A DNA stretch of 55,365 nt from an uncultured delta proteobacterium (GTDB taxonomy: Bacteria; Myxococcota_A; Polyangia; DRWM01; JAAZOP01): NCBI GenBank assembly GCA_947085355.1, contig CAMTWF010000046.1:1-55365 (forward strand), in the 5' to 3' direction. Below, piece by piece: positions 36,183-45,952 of this stretch (the first letter of the stretch is position 1; each line of letters opens with the position of its first letter). The position numbers and the translations under genes are program-made. A model generated the notes under the pieces. The model was not told the origin of the DNA and searched no databases. It worked only from the letters and a program-made list of their open reading frames with translations.

Positions 36183-36218
36183 CCGCAGCGCGCGAAGGGG
36201 CGCGGCGCTGCGGTTTGT
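36183..36218 (+). terminator. GC-rich hairpin followed by TTTGT (terminator of the tRNA cluster, or a 5' element of the SRP RNA precursor)
   Basis: CCGCAGCGCGCG-aagggg-CGCGGCGCTGCGG, then TTTGTGG. It directly abuts the SRP RNA hairpin. Confidence 0.35.
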
Positions 36219-36298
<80 letters not shown>

Positions 36299-36307
36299 TT
36301 CCTATTT

Positions 36308-36378
36308 TCGGATTGCGGATTGCGGATTGCGGATTTGGCGAGGAAACCCGGGCATGAAATCCGCAATCCGCAATCCGT
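36308..36378. repeat. Heptamer-built hairpin: (GCGGATT)x4, a 20-nt loop, then (AATCCGC)x3; 21-bp perfect stem
   Basis: 36316-36336 (cggattgcggattgcggattt) is the exact reverse complement of 36357-36377. The loop 36337-36356 contains GAGGA and the ATG of the downstream CDS. Confidence 0.9.
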
Positions 36379-37502
36379 GGATCACGGCCAACAGGGTGAC
36401 GCTGTCGCGCATCGTCCTGCTGCCGCTGCCGACCTGGCTGCTCCTGGAGGGCGGCACGGCGGCACGCGTCGGGGCGCTCGCGCTGTACGGAATCCTGGCC
36501 GCCACCGACTATGTCGACGGCATGATGGCCCGCAGGTACGGCGCCACGGTCCTGGGAGGTCTTCTCGATCCGATCGCGGACAAGATCTTCATCGCCATGG
36601 TGTTCGTCCCGCTGGCGGCGATCGGCTGGGTGCCGCTGTGGATCGTGTACGCCATGCTGATGCGCGAGTTCGTCATCACCACGCTGCGTTCGGTGGTCGC
36701 CTGGCACGGGCTCGACGTCAAGACCTCGATGGCGGCGAAGTACAAGACGGCGATCCAGATGTTCGCCGCCGCGTTCGTGATCTACGTGATGACGCTCCAG
36801 GACGCGCCAACGACGTTCGCTGCGATGGCCGTCTTCTCGGCGATCGCCGGCGGCGTCCTCGTCCGTTACGCCCTGCGCGACGGCCGCAAGGTCGACTTCC
36901 GCCTGGTGGCGATCTTCGGCCTGTCGCTCGTCGCGGCGGGCATCCGCGCCTTGCTCCCGCCCGCCGACACGGCCTACGCCTACTCGCTCATCGTCCTGGC
37001 AATCACCCTCTACTCGGGCGGCGAGTATTTCCTCGAGACGTACCGCAAGTTCAGGCAGGACGGCCGCCGCGGACGAGTGTCGGCCTTCGTCAAGTACGTC
37101 GCCGAGATGGTCCTGCTGCCCGCCGTGCTGCTGTCGCTGTGCAGTTGGACGACGGCCGGCAGTCGCGGCGGGGCCGAGCCGCTGGCGATCTGGCTGCCGA
37201 TCTTCCTGGTCGTGTGCGAGTTCTGCATCGGGGGCCTCGACAACCTGCTCACCAGCGAGGGCAAGGAGCGCCGCACGGCCGGCGTGCTGATCAAGAGCCT
37301 GAGCCAGCTCGTCCTTGCCGCGATGCTGATCGCGGCGCTCGAAGGCGTCGAGCCGCCGGCGGCGCATCGCGAGGCGATCGCGTGGGCGCTCGCCGCCGTC
37401 ACCGCCGTCTATACGGCCGCAAGCTACGTCTACCACGCCGGCACGTACCTGGGCCGTCGCACCGCCGCCGTCGCCGCACGCGAGGGCGGCCCCGCCGGCT
37501 AA
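36354..37502 (+). CDS. CDP-alcohol phosphatidyltransferase-family membrane protein with a ~200-aa polytopic C-terminal extension
   Basis: Signature D-x2-D-G-x2-A-R-x8-G-x3-D-x3-D is present as DYVDGMMARRYGATVLGGLLDPIADK. The N-terminus is MKSAIRNPWITANRVTLSRIVLLPL. Confidence 0.8.
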   Translation: MKSAIRNPWITANRVTLSRIVLLPLPTWLLLEGGTAARVGALALYGILAATDYVDGMMARRYGATVLGGLLDPIADKIFIAMVFVPLAAIGWVPLWIVYAMLMREFVITTLRSVVAWHGLDVKTSMAAKYKTAIQMFAAAFVIYVMTLQDAPTTFAAMAVFSAIAGGVLVRYALRDGRKVDFRLVAIFGLSLVAAGIRALLPPADTAYAYSLIVLAITLYSGGEYFLETYRKFRQDGRRGRVSAFVKYVAEMVLLPAVLLSLCSWTTAGSRGGAEPLAIWLPIFLVVCEFCIGGLDNLLTSEGKERRTAGVLIKSLSQLVLAAMLIAALEGVEPPAAHREAIAWALAAVTAVYTAASYVYHAGTYLGRRTAAVAAREGGPAG

Positions 37503-37560
37503 CGCGCCCGGATCCGGCCGCGATTTGCTCCACGACGACGGCCGGGCTAGACTGCGCCCG

Positions 37561-37920
37561 ATGCGATCGACGGTCGATACGTTCGCCCTTCGCCGATCAG
37601 CCGGTCGGCGGCCTTCCGGACGCTCGCTCGCGTCGGCCTCGCTGATCATCCTGTTCACCGCCGTCCCGGCCGCCGCCGCCGCCTCCATCGATGCATCGCC
37701 TGCCGAGGCGACCGTTCTTGCGGCCGCGCCGGCCTCGTCGCACGCGCCGGACGAAGGCGGATTCGATCCGGCCAATCCCGACCTCCCCGCCGCCCGCATC
37801 GCAAGCCGACCCTCGTGCCTGCCGCCCGCCGCCGACCGTCGTGCGACGCCGGCAAGCACGGACGGCCTGCGTCCCGGCCATCGCGGCCCGATCGATCGCC
37901 CACCTCGGCTCCTGCCCTGA
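37561..37920 (+). CDS. Hypothetical small secreted Ala/Pro-rich protein
   Basis: ATG at 37561, signal-like LASASLIILFTAVPAAAAAS and high G/C third positions. I recognise no family. Confidence 0.3.
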   Translation: MRSTVDTFALRRSAGRRPSGRSLASASLIILFTAVPAAAAASIDASPAEATVLAAAPASSHAPDEGGFDPANPDLPAARIASRPSCLPPAADRRATPASTDGLRPGHRGPIDRPPRLLP

Positions 37921-38002
37921 TCCCGCTTCCGGCCGGCCGGGGTTCACGCTCCCCGCGGCCCGTTTCGCCCGCGCGAGCCGCGGGTGGGTAGGAGATGACA
38001 CG

Positions 38003-38122
38003 GTGCCCGAAACGAAGGAACCTCAGCGAACCTGGTTCGAACGCAACGGCGGCCTGGTGCTCGTCGGCGGCGTCGTCGCCTTCATCGTGATGATCGTGAT
38101 CCTGAGGCGCCTGACCGGCTGA
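38003..38122 (+). CDS. Hypothetical 39-aa single-pass membrane protein
   Basis: GTG at 38003 lies 7 nt after AGGAGA. The sequence is VPETKEPQRTWFERNGGLVLVGGVVAFIVMIVILRRLTG. Confidence 0.3.
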   Translation: MPETKEPQRTWFERNGGLVLVGGVVAFIVMIVILRRLTG

Positions 38123-38141
38123 GCCGCGGCGGCCCGAGTCC

Positions 38142-38762
38142 TCACGGGAGCAGCCGCAGTCTCGCCAGAAGGTCCCGCAGCATCGCCGCGGTGGCGCCCC
38201 AGACGACGTGTTCGCCCATCGCGAAGACGTGGGTCTCGAAGACCGCCCCTTCGACCTCGATCCTGCGCAGTTCGTGCACGCCGGGCGCGAGGAGGCGGCG
38301 CAACGGCAGGACGATCACCTCCGCGATCTCCACCGGACTCGGACTCACCGGCGGCGCCGCGCCCGCGTACGCGACGAACGGGCGGACCAGGTAGCCGGTC
38401 ATCGTCCGGTAGTCATCCAGCCGGCCGACGAGGCACAGCGAACCGACCCCGACGCCGATCTCCTCGGCGGTCTCGCGCAGGGCCGCCGCCACCAGGTCGG
38501 CGTCGCCGGCGTCACGCACCCCGCCCGGGAAGCAGATCTGCCCCTTGTGGTCGCGCACCGACTCGGTCCGCCGGGTGAGCAGCGTGGCGAGGCCGCCGTC
38601 CCCGTCCGGGAAGAGCAGCACCAGCACCCCGGCCTCCACCTCGCCGGCCGCCTGCAGCGAGACGCTGGGCCGCGCGGCGAGGCGCGCTGCGATCCCGTCG
38701 GCCGGATGCACGATGCCGCCGGGGTTGGTCGTCTCGTCGGGGCCCGCCCTGTCTGATAGCAT
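38142..38762 (-). CDS. Nudix hydrolase, CoA pyrophosphatase-like
   Basis: Nudix box FPGGVRDAGDADLVAAALRETAEEIGV, with an upstream LLTRR motif typical of the NudL/CoAse subfamily. ATG at 38762. Confidence 0.82.
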   Translation of the reverse strand: MLSDRAGPDETTNPGGIVHPADGIAARLAARPSVSLQAAGEVEAGVLVLLFPDGDGGLATLLTRRTESVRDHKGQICFPGGVRDAGDADLVAAALRETAEEIGVGVGSLCLVGRLDDYRTMTGYLVRPFVAYAGAAPPVSPSPVEIAEVIVLPLRRLLAPGVHELRRIEVEGAVFETHVFAMGEHVVWGATAAMLRDLLARLRLLP

Positions 38763-38824
38763 CAGTCCACCCGTTCCAGGGGCGCCGGCCGACGACTGCC
38801 GGGGGCCCCTTCCGGGACGCCACG

Positions 38825-39574
38825 ATGACGACCCGTACGCCGCCACGAGATCGACGGCTCGACCGATTCTTGCTGCTCCGCGGCCTGGCGGCAAGTCGCG
38901 AGCGCGCCAGGGCGATGATCCTGGCAGGGCACGTGCTGGTCGACGGCGCGGTCGAGCGCCGCCCCGGTCGCGCGGTGCCGGACGGATCGCAGGTGTCGCT
39001 GGTCGAGCCCGACCACCCGTACGCCTCCCGAGGCGGGCTCAAGCTCGCCGGCGCCCTCGATGCCCTCGGCATCGACCCCACGGGGTTGCGGGCGATCGAC
39101 GTCGGCGCCTCGACCGGCGGTTTCACCGACTGCCTGTTGCGCCGCGGCGCCGTCCACGTCACGGCCGTCGACGTCGGTTACGGCCTCCTCGCCTGGAAGC
39201 TGCGGACCGATCCGCGCGTCCGGGTCGTCGAGCGGCTCAACGCCCGGCATCTGCGGGCCGAGGACGTCGACCCGCCGTGCGATCTGGCGACGATCGACGT
39301 GTCGTTCATTTCGCTGCGCCTCGTCCTGCCCCCCGTGACCGGCGTCGTCCGCCCGGGCGGCCTCCTCCTGCCCCTGGTCAAGCCGCAGTTCGAGGCCCCG
39401 CGAGGCTCGACGCGCCGCGGCGTCGTCGGCGACCCCGAGATCCGCCGCGAGGCCGTCGAGGCGGTCGAGGCGTTCGCGGCCGGCCTCGGCCTGCGGCCGA
39501 GGGGCCGGTGCGAATCCCCGGTCGCGGGACCGAAGGGGAACAGGGAGGTCTTCCTGCTGCTCGAACGCCCGTAG
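38825..39574 (+). CDS. tlyA: TlyA-family 16S/23S rRNA (cytidine-2'-O)-methyltransferase
   Basis: S4-like N-terminus (RLDRFLLLRGLAASRERARAMILAGHVLVDG) and an FtsJ-type SAM site IDVGASTGGFTDCLL. Confidence 0.88.
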   Translation: MTTRTPPRDRRLDRFLLLRGLAASRERARAMILAGHVLVDGAVERRPGRAVPDGSQVSLVEPDHPYASRGGLKLAGALDALGIDPTGLRAIDVGASTGGFTDCLLRRGAVHVTAVDVGYGLLAWKLRTDPRVRVVERLNARHLRAEDVDPPCDLATIDVSFISLRLVLPPVTGVVRPGGLLLPLVKPQFEAPRGSTRRGVVGDPEIRREAVEAVEAFAAGLGLRPRGRCESPVAGPKGNREVFLLLERP

Positions 39575-39595
39575 GCTGCCGGATCCGCGCCGGGA

Positions 39596-41680
39596 TCACC
39601 GACGCGGCAGGGGCCACGGCAGGTTGCCCGGGTCGTGCGGAGCGACCTGGGCGGCGTCGTACGGATCGACGATCGCGCCGACGCCGTCGCGAACGTACGT
39701 CGAAAGGAAGATCGCGGCCTGGAGCTGCCCCGCGCGCATCACGACCGGATCGTCCGACAGCAGCAGGAACGCGTGGTCGGCAGGCGAGAACCGGAACAGC
39801 CCCGCCGTGCCGCCGCCGGGCAGGTTTCCGCGCACCGGTGACGGCACGGTTGCGAGGCCCTCGATCGGTTCCGCAAACGGCTCGACCAACGGGATCCCGA
39901 TCTCCGCCGCCGTCAGCGCCACCGATCGATGCGGGAAGACCTCGTCGGGAACCGCCTCCTGGTAGAGCAGCTGCTTGACGCCGGCCGGAACGCCGGCCAC
40001 GTCGAGCGGGTCGCGCAGGAGATGGGCCGCGAAATGGATCGGGTCCGACTTCTCCGCGGCGGTCTGGGCGCCGAGCGCGAGCGCGATGTGGAACGGCGAC
40101 AGGCTGGGCAGGTCGAGCGCCGCGGTCGCGGCGTCCCCGATCGTTCCGGCCACGACCATGTTCGAGACGAGGCCGCCGCCCACGTTGCACACGCCGGCGC
40201 CGAGGTCGGGAGCGAGCGCCAGCGCGACGAGCGTCACGGAGCCGCCGTACGACTGGCCGATCATCGCCGGCCTGGCGGTGTCGATGTCGGGCAGGCCGTC
40301 GCCGGACGGCAGGGGCAGCAGATCGATCGCCGGGGCCGCCTTGAGCGCGCGGACGAGCGAGAGCACGTCGGCCACGCTCTGCCGCATCCGGTCGGTCGTC
40401 TTCATGAAGTCGGAAGTGTCGAACAGGAAGGCCGCGTCCGTCTCGCACGTGCCGGGACCGCCGGGCGAGCGCGACCCGTGGGCCACGGCGTCGATGCCGA
40501 TCGCGGCGACGCCGAACCGCGCCAGCGTATCCGCGACCGCGATCGCCGTCTCCTTGCAGGTCGTCATCGCGTGCTGGAAGACGACGACCGGATGGGGCGG
40601 CACGATGCCGCGGCCAGGATCCTCGCGCGGCAGCACGAGGATGAACTCCAGCGTCTCCGCGGAACGCGCCTGGGGGACCCCGGCCGCGTCCCGAGCAAGG
40701 ATGTCGTCGGCGTCCAGGAACCGGGGCGCATCGAACTCCCCGATCGCGATCGTCCCGATGGCGTCGAAGACGTACTGGTCCAGCGGCAGTTCCGCGAGCC
40801 GCTCGGCGAGGCCGGGATACGCCGCCATGAACTCGGCGCCCGGCCCCCCGGCCGGATCGTGGCCCGGATACGTCGCGGTCGCGCGCAGCGCCGGCGCGGG
40901 ACGGGCCGCAATCATCTCCGCCATCGCCGCGAGGTCCTCGAACACCGACTGCGTCGTGAAGACCGTGGCGAGCGCCACCGACGCCCGGTCGAGGCCGATC
41001 GCCGGGTGCTCCAGGTACGACAGCACCGGCTCGACGTCCGCCCGCACCCGTTCGGAGGCGGCGTCCAGCGCCTCCCCGTCGCGGATCGCGGCGAACGGTC
41101 CGTCGGCCCGGATCCCCCTCCCCTGTTCGTCCGCCACGCACGACGTGACAAGCATCGCGTAGCGGTGCGACGGCGCCAGCGGCCGCACGGGCCGCATCGA
41201 GATCATCCGCCGGAATGGGAACAGCAGCGCCTCTCCCTCCTGCGCCACGGCCGCCTCGATCGGCACGAGCCTCGACCGGAAGTCGGCCGGGTCCGGCGCG
41301 CCGAGGGCCTCGATGTCGAGCAGGAAGAGTCGGGGCGCCGCGGTCCGTCCGGCCGTGCCGCGGATCGATCCCGGGTCCAGCACGCCCAGGAACGGCGCCG
41401 CCGTCGGGGCCGCCAGGCCGAACCCGTCGAGGTGTGCGAAGGCCGAGTCGAACGCGGAGAAGCGGCCGTCGAGCCGGATGCCGGTCGGCGTCGAGGCGTC
41501 CGCCGTCGTCCACGCATCGGTCGGAATCGGCGTGCGGGCCGCGGCCTGGGCCGAGAACGGCTGGAACAGCACGACGGGAACGCCATCGCCGTCGCCCGGC
41601 GGGCACGCGGGCGACCGCGGCCCCGGTTCGCCGGAGCATGCCGCGAGGATCAGGAGGATCGGGACGAGACGAATGGCCAT
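39596..41680 (-). CDS. Lipoprotein, putative secreted alpha/beta-hydrolase (lipase/esterase-like)
   Basis: Lipobox LILAAC, a nucleophile elbow GQSYGG within a hydrophobic beta-strand context, and 694 aa. The family call is tentative. Confidence 0.55.
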   Translation of the reverse strand: MAIRLVPILLILAACSGEPGPRSPACPPGDGDGVPVVLFQPFSAQAAARTPIPTDAWTTADASTPTGIRLDGRFSAFDSAFAHLDGFGLAAPTAAPFLGVLDPGSIRGTAGRTAAPRLFLLDIEALGAPDPADFRSRLVPIEAAVAQEGEALLFPFRRMISMRPVRPLAPSHRYAMLVTSCVADEQGRGIRADGPFAAIRDGEALDAASERVRADVEPVLSYLEHPAIGLDRASVALATVFTTQSVFEDLAAMAEMIAARPAPALRATATYPGHDPAGGPGAEFMAAYPGLAERLAELPLDQYVFDAIGTIAIGEFDAPRFLDADDILARDAAGVPQARSAETLEFILVLPREDPGRGIVPPHPVVVFQHAMTTCKETAIAVADTLARFGVAAIGIDAVAHGSRSPGGPGTCETDAAFLFDTSDFMKTTDRMRQSVADVLSLVRALKAAPAIDLLPLPSGDGLPDIDTARPAMIGQSYGGSVTLVALALAPDLGAGVCNVGGGLVSNMVVAGTIGDAATAALDLPSLSPFHIALALGAQTAAEKSDPIHFAAHLLRDPLDVAGVPAGVKQLLYQEAVPDEVFPHRSVALTAAEIGIPLVEPFAEPIEGLATVPSPVRGNLPGGGTAGLFRFSPADHAFLLLSDDPVVMRAGQLQAAIFLSTYVRDGVGAIVDPYDAAQVAPHDPGNLPWPLPRR

Positions 41681-41702
41681 GGCCGCAACCGGCCGGCGGA
41701 GG

Positions 41703-42677
41703 CTACCCCGCCGCCTTGACCTTCTTGACCAGATCGATCATCCCCGGGACGGCCTGGAACAGATCGCCGACGAGACCGTAGTCGGCCACCGCGAAGACCG
41801 GGGCCTCGGGGTCCTTGTTGATCGCCACGATCACCTTCGAACTCTTCATGCCGGCCAAGTGCTGAAGGGCGCCCGAGAGGCCCACGGCGATGTACAGATC
41901 GGGGGCCACGATCTTTCCCGTCTGGCCGACCTGGAGATCGTTCGGGCAGAAGCCGGCGTCGACGGCGGCGCGGGTCGCGCCGACGGCGCCGCCGAACAGA
42001 TCGGCGAGCTGCTCGACGAGCTTGAAGTTGTCGGCGTTCTTGAGGCCGCGGCCGCCGGCCACGACGACGCGCGCCTCGGTCAGCTCGGGTCTCGCCGACG
42101 TCACCTTCTCCAACGCCTCGAACACGACGTTCGCCGCCGCCTTCTCCGGGTCGGCCGCGGGCGCATCGACGACCGGCGATGCGCCGCCGGCCGGCGACGC
42201 GGGCTCGAACTCGGTCGGCCGCACCGTGATCACGTGGACGGGCGTCGTGACCTTCACGTGCGCCATGACGTTGCCGGCGTACATCGGCCGCGTGTACACG
42301 AGCGTCCCGCCGTCGTTCCGGACGGCGACGACGTCGCTGGCCATTCCCGCCTTGAGGTGCTCCGCCACGCGCGGCAACAGGTCCCTGCCCGCGGCGGTGG
42401 CGGCGGCGACGACGATCTTGTACCCGCCGGAAGCGACCTTGCAGACCGCCGGCGCCGTCCACTCGGCCGTCTCCCCGCCCGGCTCCCCGGCCATCACCTT
42501 GCCGGCGCCGAACCCGGCCAAGTCGGGCGCCGCGGCCTTCGCCCCGCGCCCGAGCAGCAGGATGTCGAACCCGCCGCCGACGGCGCCCTCGACCTGCCGC
42601 GCGAACGTCACTGCCGACAGCGTAGCCTTGCGGACCTTCCCATCGAACAGCTCGCCTACGACCAGAACAGATGCCAT
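41703..42677 (-). CDS. etfA: Electron transfer flavoprotein alpha subunit
   Basis: C-terminal FAD-binding blocks VVAGGRG, GATRAAVDAG, QVGQTGKIVAPDLYIAVGLSGALQH and VAINKD. AGAGGAGGAG lies upstream of the ATG at 42677. Confidence 0.92.
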   Translation of the reverse strand: MASVLVVGELFDGKVRKATLSAVTFARQVEGAVGGGFDILLLGRGAKAAAPDLAGFGAGKVMAGEPGGETAEWTAPAVCKVASGGYKIVVAAATAAGRDLLPRVAEHLKAGMASDVVAVRNDGGTLVYTRPMYAGNVMAHVKVTTPVHVITVRPTEFEPASPAGGASPVVDAPAADPEKAAANVVFEALEKVTSARPELTEARVVVAGGRGLKNADNFKLVEQLADLFGGAVGATRAAVDAGFCPNDLQVGQTGKIVAPDLYIAVGLSGALQHLAGMKSSKVIVAINKDPEAPVFAVADYGLVGDLFQAVPGMIDLVKKVKAAG

Positions 42678-42688
42678 GGACTCCTCCT

Positions 42689-43516
42689 CTAGATCACCCG
42701 CGCCTCGCTCTTGAGCTTCTGCACCAGCGTCTCGACATCGGGCACCTTGACGCCGGCCTTCCGCGCCGGCGGAGGCTCGAACGTCAGGTGCTCGATCCGA
42801 ACGGCCCCCGCGCCGAAGTCGGCCAGCTTCTTCTGGTCGAACGGCTTCTTCTTGGCGGCCATGATCCCGCGCAGCGACGGGTACCTCGGCCCGTCGGCGT
42901 AGTCCTTGTCGGCGGGGGTGTTGCCGTTCTTGACCGCCGCGGGACCGACGATCCTCACGTCGACGGAGATCACCGCCGGGAACGTCACCTTCACCCGCGC
43001 CGCGCCGCCGTCCACCTCGCGCCAGACGGTGGCGGTCTTGAGCGCCTGGTCGGTGACGATCCGGCCGGCGAACGTCGCCTGGGGCCATCCGAGGCGCGCG
43101 GCGAGCATCTGTGCGACCTGGTTGGAGTCGCCGTCGACCTCCTGCTTGCCCGTGAGGATCATGTCGGGCTTCTCGGCCGCCGCGATCTTCTCGAGCACGT
43201 CCACGACGACGGCGGCGTCTATCGCCTCGTCCTGCGCCTCGACGAGGATCGCGCGATCCGCGCCCATCGCCAGCGCCTGCGTTACCTGCTGCCTGGCCTC
43301 GGCTGGCCCGATCGTCACGACGACGACCTCGCCGAGGCGTGGTCCGCCGGCCGCGTTCTCGGTGATCCGCAGCGCCGCCTCGACGGCGTACTCGTCGAAG
43401 GGGTTGAGCTTCCATTCGAGCCCCTCCGACGTCACTTTCTTCCCGTCCGGAGCGATCTTGACCTTGTTGGCGTTGTCCGGGTCCGCGACCCGCTTGACCG
43501 GAACCAGTATCTTCAC
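42689..43516 (-). CDS. etfB: Electron transfer flavoprotein beta subunit
   Basis: VKILVPVKRV...NPFDEYAVEAALR...DMILTGKQEVDGDSNQVAQMLA. The GTG start follows AGGAGG and overlaps the tetR stop (GTGA). Confidence 0.92.
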   Translation of the reverse strand: MKILVPVKRVADPDNANKVKIAPDGKKVTSEGLEWKLNPFDEYAVEAALRITENAAGGPRLGEVVVVTIGPAEARQQVTQALAMGADRAILVEAQDEAIDAAVVVDVLEKIAAAEKPDMILTGKQEVDGDSNQVAQMLAARLGWPQATFAGRIVTDQALKTATVWREVDGGAARVKVTFPAVISVDVRIVGPAAVKNGNTPADKDYADGPRYPSLRGIMAAKKKPFDQKKLADFGAGAVRIEHLTFEPPPARKAGVKVPDVETLVQKLKSEARVI

Positions 43517-44187
43517 GTCGCACCTCCTTTCGCGGACGCCCTCGGCGCCCCACTCGTTCGCTCGCGGATCCCCTCGATGAGGATCGTCGCCGCCGACGCG
43601 GCCGCTTTCTCCAGCCGCTCCGGCGCGCCCTTCCCGATGACCCACGTCAGCGTCATCCCGTCCAGCGCCCCGAACAGGACGCGGGCGAAATGGCGCGGCG
43701 GCACGTCCCTGCGGAACACGCCCGCATCCTGCCCCTCGGACACGACGCCGGCGATGACGTCGAGGTAACGGTTGAACTTGGGGGCGGCGTACTGCTTGAG
43801 GAACCGGCTCGACTGCCGCAGGTTGATCGTAAGCACCTCGGCCAGATCGCGGTGTTCGGCCACGATGCCGAGTTGAATGTCGATGATCCGCCGCAGCTTT
43901 TCCGCCGGGTCCGCGATGCCGGCCAGCTTCGCCTCGACCGCATCGCACAGCGCGTCGATCCGATCCTCGAAGATCGAGATGAGCAGGTCGTCCTTGTTCT
44001 TGAAGTAGAGGTAGATCGTCCCGTCCGCCACGCCGGCCGCTGCGGCGATCTCGGCCACCCTGCTCAGGAAGAACCCCTTGCGCGCGAAGACGCGCACGGC
44101 TGCCTCGAGGATCCTCTCCCGCTTGTCGCCCGTCCGGTTCCGCACGATCGAAGCCCGCAAGCCGGTTCCCCCTGAACCACGATTCAC
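43513..44187 (-). CDS. TetR/AcrR-family transcriptional regulator (FadR-like; first gene of the tetR-etfBA operon)
   Basis: HTH block RILEAAVRVFARKGFFLSRVAEIAAAAGVADGTIYLYFKNKDDLL. The start codon is uncertain (GTG at 44187 or an internal GTG/TTG). Confidence 0.85.
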   Translation of the reverse strand: MNRGSGGTGLRASIVRNRTGDKRERILEAAVRVFARKGFFLSRVAEIAAAAGVADGTIYLYFKNKDDLLISIFEDRIDALCDAVEAKLAGIADPAEKLRRIIDIQLGIVAEHRDLAEVLTINLRQSSRFLKQYAAPKFNRYLDVIAGVVSEGQDAGVFRRDVPPRHFARVLFGALDGMTLTWVIGKGAPERLEKAAASAATILIEGIRERTSGAPRASAKGGAT

Positions 44188-44190
44188 CGC

Positions 44191-44219
44191 ACCCTAGGCG
44201 GGCGGATCGGGTGTGTCAA
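44191..44219 (-). promoter_or_regulatory. Sigma-70-type promoter candidate for tetR-etfBA
   Basis: The minus strand reads TTGACA (44219-44214), a 17-nt spacer, then TAGGGT (44196-44191). The -10 element ends 3 nt before the GTG at 44187. Confidence 0.4.
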
Positions 44220-44274
44220 GACGCGCGGCGGCAACCGTTTCACGGGGGCCCCCTCCTATCGTGGACGTGAACGG

Positions 44275-45840
44275 CTACGCCTGCGGCATGTACATCCCTG
44301 CGCCCGGGCCCACGGGCAGTCCGAGGAGGATCCAGGCGACCAGCAGCAGGGCCCAGACGGCCAGGAAGACCAGCGTGTAGGGGAGCATCAGCGAGATCAT
44401 CGTGCCGATGCCGGCCTTCGGGACGTATCGTTGGACCAGGGCCACGATCAGGGCGAAGTAGGACATCATGGGGGAGATGATGTTGGTCGAGCTGTCCCCG
44501 ATCCGATAGGCGGCCTGGACGAACTCGGGCGTGTAGCCGATCAGCATGAACATCGGGATGAAGATCGGGGCCATGAGCGCCCACTTGGCGGAGGCGCTCC
44601 CGATCGCCAGGTTGATGGAGGCGGACAGGAGGACGAAGGCCAACATGAGCGGCACGTCGCCGAGCCCGGATGCCCTCAACGTGTCCGCCCCCTTGACGGC
44701 GAGGATGAGTCCCAGGTTGGACCAATTGAAGTACGCGACGAACTGCGCGGCGAAGAAGACCAGCACGATGTAGGTGCCGAGCGTCTCGATCGCCTTCCCC
44801 ATCCCCTTTGCGACGTCGTTGTCGTTCCGGATCGTTCCGGCGCCGATCCCGTACGCGATCGCGGTCGCCAAGGCGCCCAGCAGGATGAAGGCCACCACGC
44901 TGGTGAGCAGCGGCGAGTCGAGCAGGCCCGCCGTCTCGGGATTGCGCAGGAATCCGCCCGAAGGTATCGCGCCCCACAACACGATCCCGGTGAAGACCAG
45001 GCCGGCAACAAGCGCCCAGCGCAGCCCACGCTTCTCGGCCGCGGAGAGCCCCTCCATCCCGCAGGCCGCATCCCGCTCCGAAGGGCCGCCGTCCTGGGGC
45101 TCGTACTCGCCCAGCCTCGGGACGATCCACCGTTCCGTGACCCAGGTTCCGGCGAACGCGATGAGGAAGGTGGACGCCGCCATGAAGTAGTAGTTGCAGG
45201 CCGGATTGACCTCGTAGGTCGGCACGATGATCCGCGCCGCCTCCTGGGAGATGCCGGCGAGCAGGGGATCGATCGTGCCGAGGAGGAGGTTGGCGCTGTA
45301 GCCGCCGGACACGCCGGCGAAGGCGGCGGCCACGCCCGCCAGCGGGTGGCGGCCCACCGAGAGGAAGATCGTCGCCGCCAGCGGGACCAGCAGCACGTAT
45401 CCGATCTCGCTGGCCATGTTCGAGAGCACGCCGGAGAAGACCACGAGGAAGGTGAGGAGGCGCCGTGGCGCCGACGTGACCATCAGCTTGAGGGCGGCGC
45501 GGATCAGCCCGGTGCTCTCCGCCAGTCCGATGCCCAGCATCGCCACCAGGACCGTCCCCAGCGGGGCGAAGCTCGTGAAGTTGTAGACCATCTTGCCGAG
45601 AATACGGTGCAGCCCCTCGATGGTCAGCAGACTGACCGGACGGATCGGCTCGCCCGTGCCCGGATGCGTGGCCGCCACGCCGGTCGCCGCCGCGACGGCC
45701 GACAGCACGACGATCGCCACGGAGAACAAGGCGAACAGCGTGGCCGGGTGGGGCAGCAGGTTGCCCAGGCGCTCCACGACGCCCAGGAACCGCAGGAAGA
45801 GGCTCGGCCGCGGCGGACGTTCCCTTCGTTCCTTCACCAC
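44275..45840 (-). CDS. abgT: AbgT-family (p-aminobenzoyl-glutamate / MtrF-type) transporter
   Basis: 521-aa polytopic protein. The N-terminal block [25 protein letters not shown] and overall collinearity are typical of AbgT/YdaH. Confidence 0.88.
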   Translation of the reverse strand: MVKERRERPPRPSLFLRFLGVVERLGNLLPHPATLFALFSVAIVVLSAVAAATGVAATHPGTGEPIRPVSLLTIEGLHRILGKMVYNFTSFAPLGTVLVAMLGIGLAESTGLIRAALKLMVTSAPRRLLTFLVVFSGVLSNMASEIGYVLLVPLAATIFLSVGRHPLAGVAAAFAGVSGGYSANLLLGTIDPLLAGISQEAARIIVPTYEVNPACNYYFMAASTFLIAFAGTWVTERWIVPRLGEYEPQDGGPSERDAACGMEGLSAAEKRGLRWALVAGLVFTGIVLWGAIPSGGFLRNPETAGLLDSPLLTSVVAFILLGALATAIAYGIGAGTIRNDNDVAKGMGKAIETLGTYIVLVFFAAQFVAYFNWSNLGLILAVKGADTLRASGLGDVPLMLAFVLLSASINLAIGSASAKWALMAPIFIPMFMLIGYTPEFVQAAYRIGDSSTNIISPMMSYFALIVALVQRYVPKAGIGTMISLMLPYTLVFLAVWALLLVAWILLGLPVGPGAGMYMPQA

Positions 45841-45952
45841 GCTGCTCCTTCACCGGCCTACCGCCCCGGGGCATTCTCACCGACCCGTCGGCCCGCAGGC
45901 AACAGGAAGTTGCAGGATAGCCGTCACCGCGCCGCCGAATAGTCCGCAATCG

